Origin: an uncultured Mycoplasmatota bacterium
GTDB taxonomy: Bacteria; Bacillota_I; Bacilli_A; RF39; UBA660
Length of the DNA: 43,325 bases
Reading direction: 5' to 3'
Assembly (NCBI GenBank): GCA_948432605.1
Contig: CAOJCV010000002.1
Location: forward strand, 1 to 43,325
The translations under genes were made by a program, and so were the position numbers. Under the pieces are notes generated by a model that was given only the letters and a program-made list of their open reading frames with translations, had not been told where the DNA came from and made no database searches. Of this stretch, positions 42,079-43,325 are shown one piece after another; within the stretch, counting starts at the first letter, position 1; every line of letters begins with the position of its first letter.

Positions 42079-43325
42079 GTGAAACGCAGTGAAGTAGATG
42101 TTAATAAATTAAGCCCAATGATGCAACAATACATGGAAATAAAAAGGGATTATTTAGAAGAAATTTTATTTTACCGAGTTGGAGATTTTTATGAACTTTT
42201 TTTTGAAGATGGGGAACTTGCAAGTCGTGAATTAGAACTTACTTTAACTGGTAAAAATGCAGGATTAGAATCAAGAGTTCCTATGTGTGGGGTTCCGTTT
42301 CATTCTGTTAAACCTTACATTGAGAAATTAGTTAATAAAGGTTATAAAGTTGCTATTTGCGATCAGTTAGAAGACGCAAAGGATACAAAAAAAATGGTTC
42401 GTCGTGGTGTAACTCAAGTTATAAGTAAAGGGACTGTTGTAGATTTAGAATTATTAAATGAACATGATAATCATTATATTGCGAGTGTTCTAGATTTTTC
42501 TTATATTTATGCAATTTGTTATGCTGATATTTCTACGGGATCTATTTTTGTGTCTATTCTTCCTCATCAAAAAGAAAAATTAATTAGTACAATTTTAAAT
42601 CTAGGAATTTTAGAAGTAGTTTTGAGAAATAATGAAGATTTAGATTTAATAGGATTACTGAAAGGTAATTATGGAATTGAAGTTTCTATATGTGATCAAG
42701 AATTAGAAAATCAATATACTTCTATTTATGAGTCTTTAGAAGAAGAACATTATATTCATTCTATTAAACATTTGCTTTATTATCTTGTTGTAAAAGAATT
42801 GAAAGATTTGAGTCATGTAAAAGAAGCAGAAATTATTATTCCTGATGATTATTTGATGATGGATGTTCATACTGTAAGAAATTTGGAATTAGTAGAAACT
42901 CTTCGTTTAAAAGAAAGAACTTATTCTTTAGTTTGGCTTTTGGATAAAACTAAAACGTCAATGGGCTCTAGAAAATTAAAATATTGGTTGATGAATCCTT
43001 TGAAAAACGAAAAATTAATTCAAGAACGTTATGATAAAATTGAAATATTAAATAATGAATTTATTTTAAAAGACAAATTGAGGGACTCTTTATATCAAAT
43101 TTATGATATGGAACGTCTTTGTGGTAAAGTTTCTTGTGGTTCTTTAAATGCACGTGATTTGTTACAGTTGAAATTAAGTTTAAAAGAATTACCTACAATT
43201 AAACAAATCGTGAAAGATTTAAATTTTGACTTAACGATTCAAACTCATGAAGAATTATATAATTTATTAGAGAATGCAATTTATGAAAATCCACCTGTAA
43301 CTATAAAAGAAGGTTATTTAATTAA
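42079..43325 (+). CDS. mutS: DNA mismatch repair protein MutS, 3'-truncated by the window edge (absent from the ORF track)
   Basis: I translated it by eye from GTG 42079 (AGGTGA RBS 5 nt upstream): VKRSEVDVNKLSPMMQQYMEIKRDYLEEILFYRVGDFYELFFEDGELASRELELTLTGK...MCGVPFHS...YKVAICDQ... This is the canonical MutS domain I (the mismatch-binding GDFYELF block). The frame stays open to nt 43325. ATG 42118 is an alternative start. Confidence 0.93.
   Translation, partial: MKRSEVDVNKLSPMMQQYMEIKRDYLEEILFYRVGDFYELFFEDGELASRELELTLTGKNAGLESRVPMCGVPFHSVKPYIEKLVNKGYKVAICDQLEDAKDTKKMVRRGVTQVISKGTVVDLELLNEHDNHYIASVLDFSYIYAICYADISTGSIFVSILPHQKEKLISTILNLGILEVVLRNNEDLDLIGLLKGNYGIEVSICDQELENQYTSIYESLEEEHYIHSIKHLLYYLVVKELKDLSHVKEAEIIIPDDYLMMDVHTVRNLELVETLRLKERTYSLVWLLDKTKTSMGSRKLKYWLMNPLKNEKLIQERYDKIEILNNEFILKDKLRDSLYQIYDMERLCGKVSCGSLNARDLLQLKLSLKELPTIKQIVKDLNFDLTIQTHEELYNLLENAIYENPPVTIKEGYLI

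Noticed and set aside
1-43325. Mobile elements, prophage, CRISPR arrays, tRNA/rRNA genes, riboswitches or T-boxes.
   Set aside because: There are no transposase, integrase or Cas-like ORFs, no direct-repeat/spacer arrays and no cloverleaf-like segments. All intergenic regions are under 400 bp and are accounted for by promoters, terminators, a small ORF or the XRE pseudogene.

Overview
This is an AT-rich (roughly 25-30% G+C by eye) chromosomal segment from a spore-forming low-GC Bacillota. It carries gpr, spoIIP and a SpoVD/FtsI-type PBP, and it uses the standard code, with TGA as a genuine stop. I found no rRNA, tRNA, CRISPR array, transposase, integrase or phage module. The backbone is housekeeping and resembles the B. 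subtilis yqe/lepA neighbourhood in shuffled pieces: yqeG-yqeH, mutL-miaA, rpsT, uvrC, PBP-mraY, a SEDS gene, rpsU-yqeY, gpr-spoIIP-lepA-hemW, htpG, and a 3'-truncated mutS missing from the supplied ORF track. Accessory or unexplained cassettes sit at the joints. (1) An ~11 kb surface-glycopolymer locus (11.6-22.5 kb) encodes a priming sugar-phosphate transferase, a PRTase-like protein, LicD, TagD, a HAD fusion, Wzx, a Wzy-like protein, a sortase-anchored protein, LCP and VanZ. It has no recognisable classical glycosyltransferase. Its promoter carries a G10 homopolymer exactly between the -35 and -10 elements, a candidate slipped-strand phase switch and the strongest single signal here. (2) A small island holds a membrane-anchored transglutaminase-like protein, an orphan Amidoligase_2-type enzyme and two tandem diverged paralogs with a HipA/PI3K-like kinase motif order. 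(3) A 454-aa multi-HTH protein is translationally coupled between lepA and hemW. (4) A 564-aa bitopic orphan protein sits after mraY. (5) A HEAT-repeat protein is paired with a GT2-like protein whose DxD motif looks degenerate. (6) A near-perfect CIRCE operator overlaps the htpG promoter. (7) An XRE-type HTH gene is interrupted by a single in-frame TGA. All functional calls come from motif recognition by eye, and no database search was possible.
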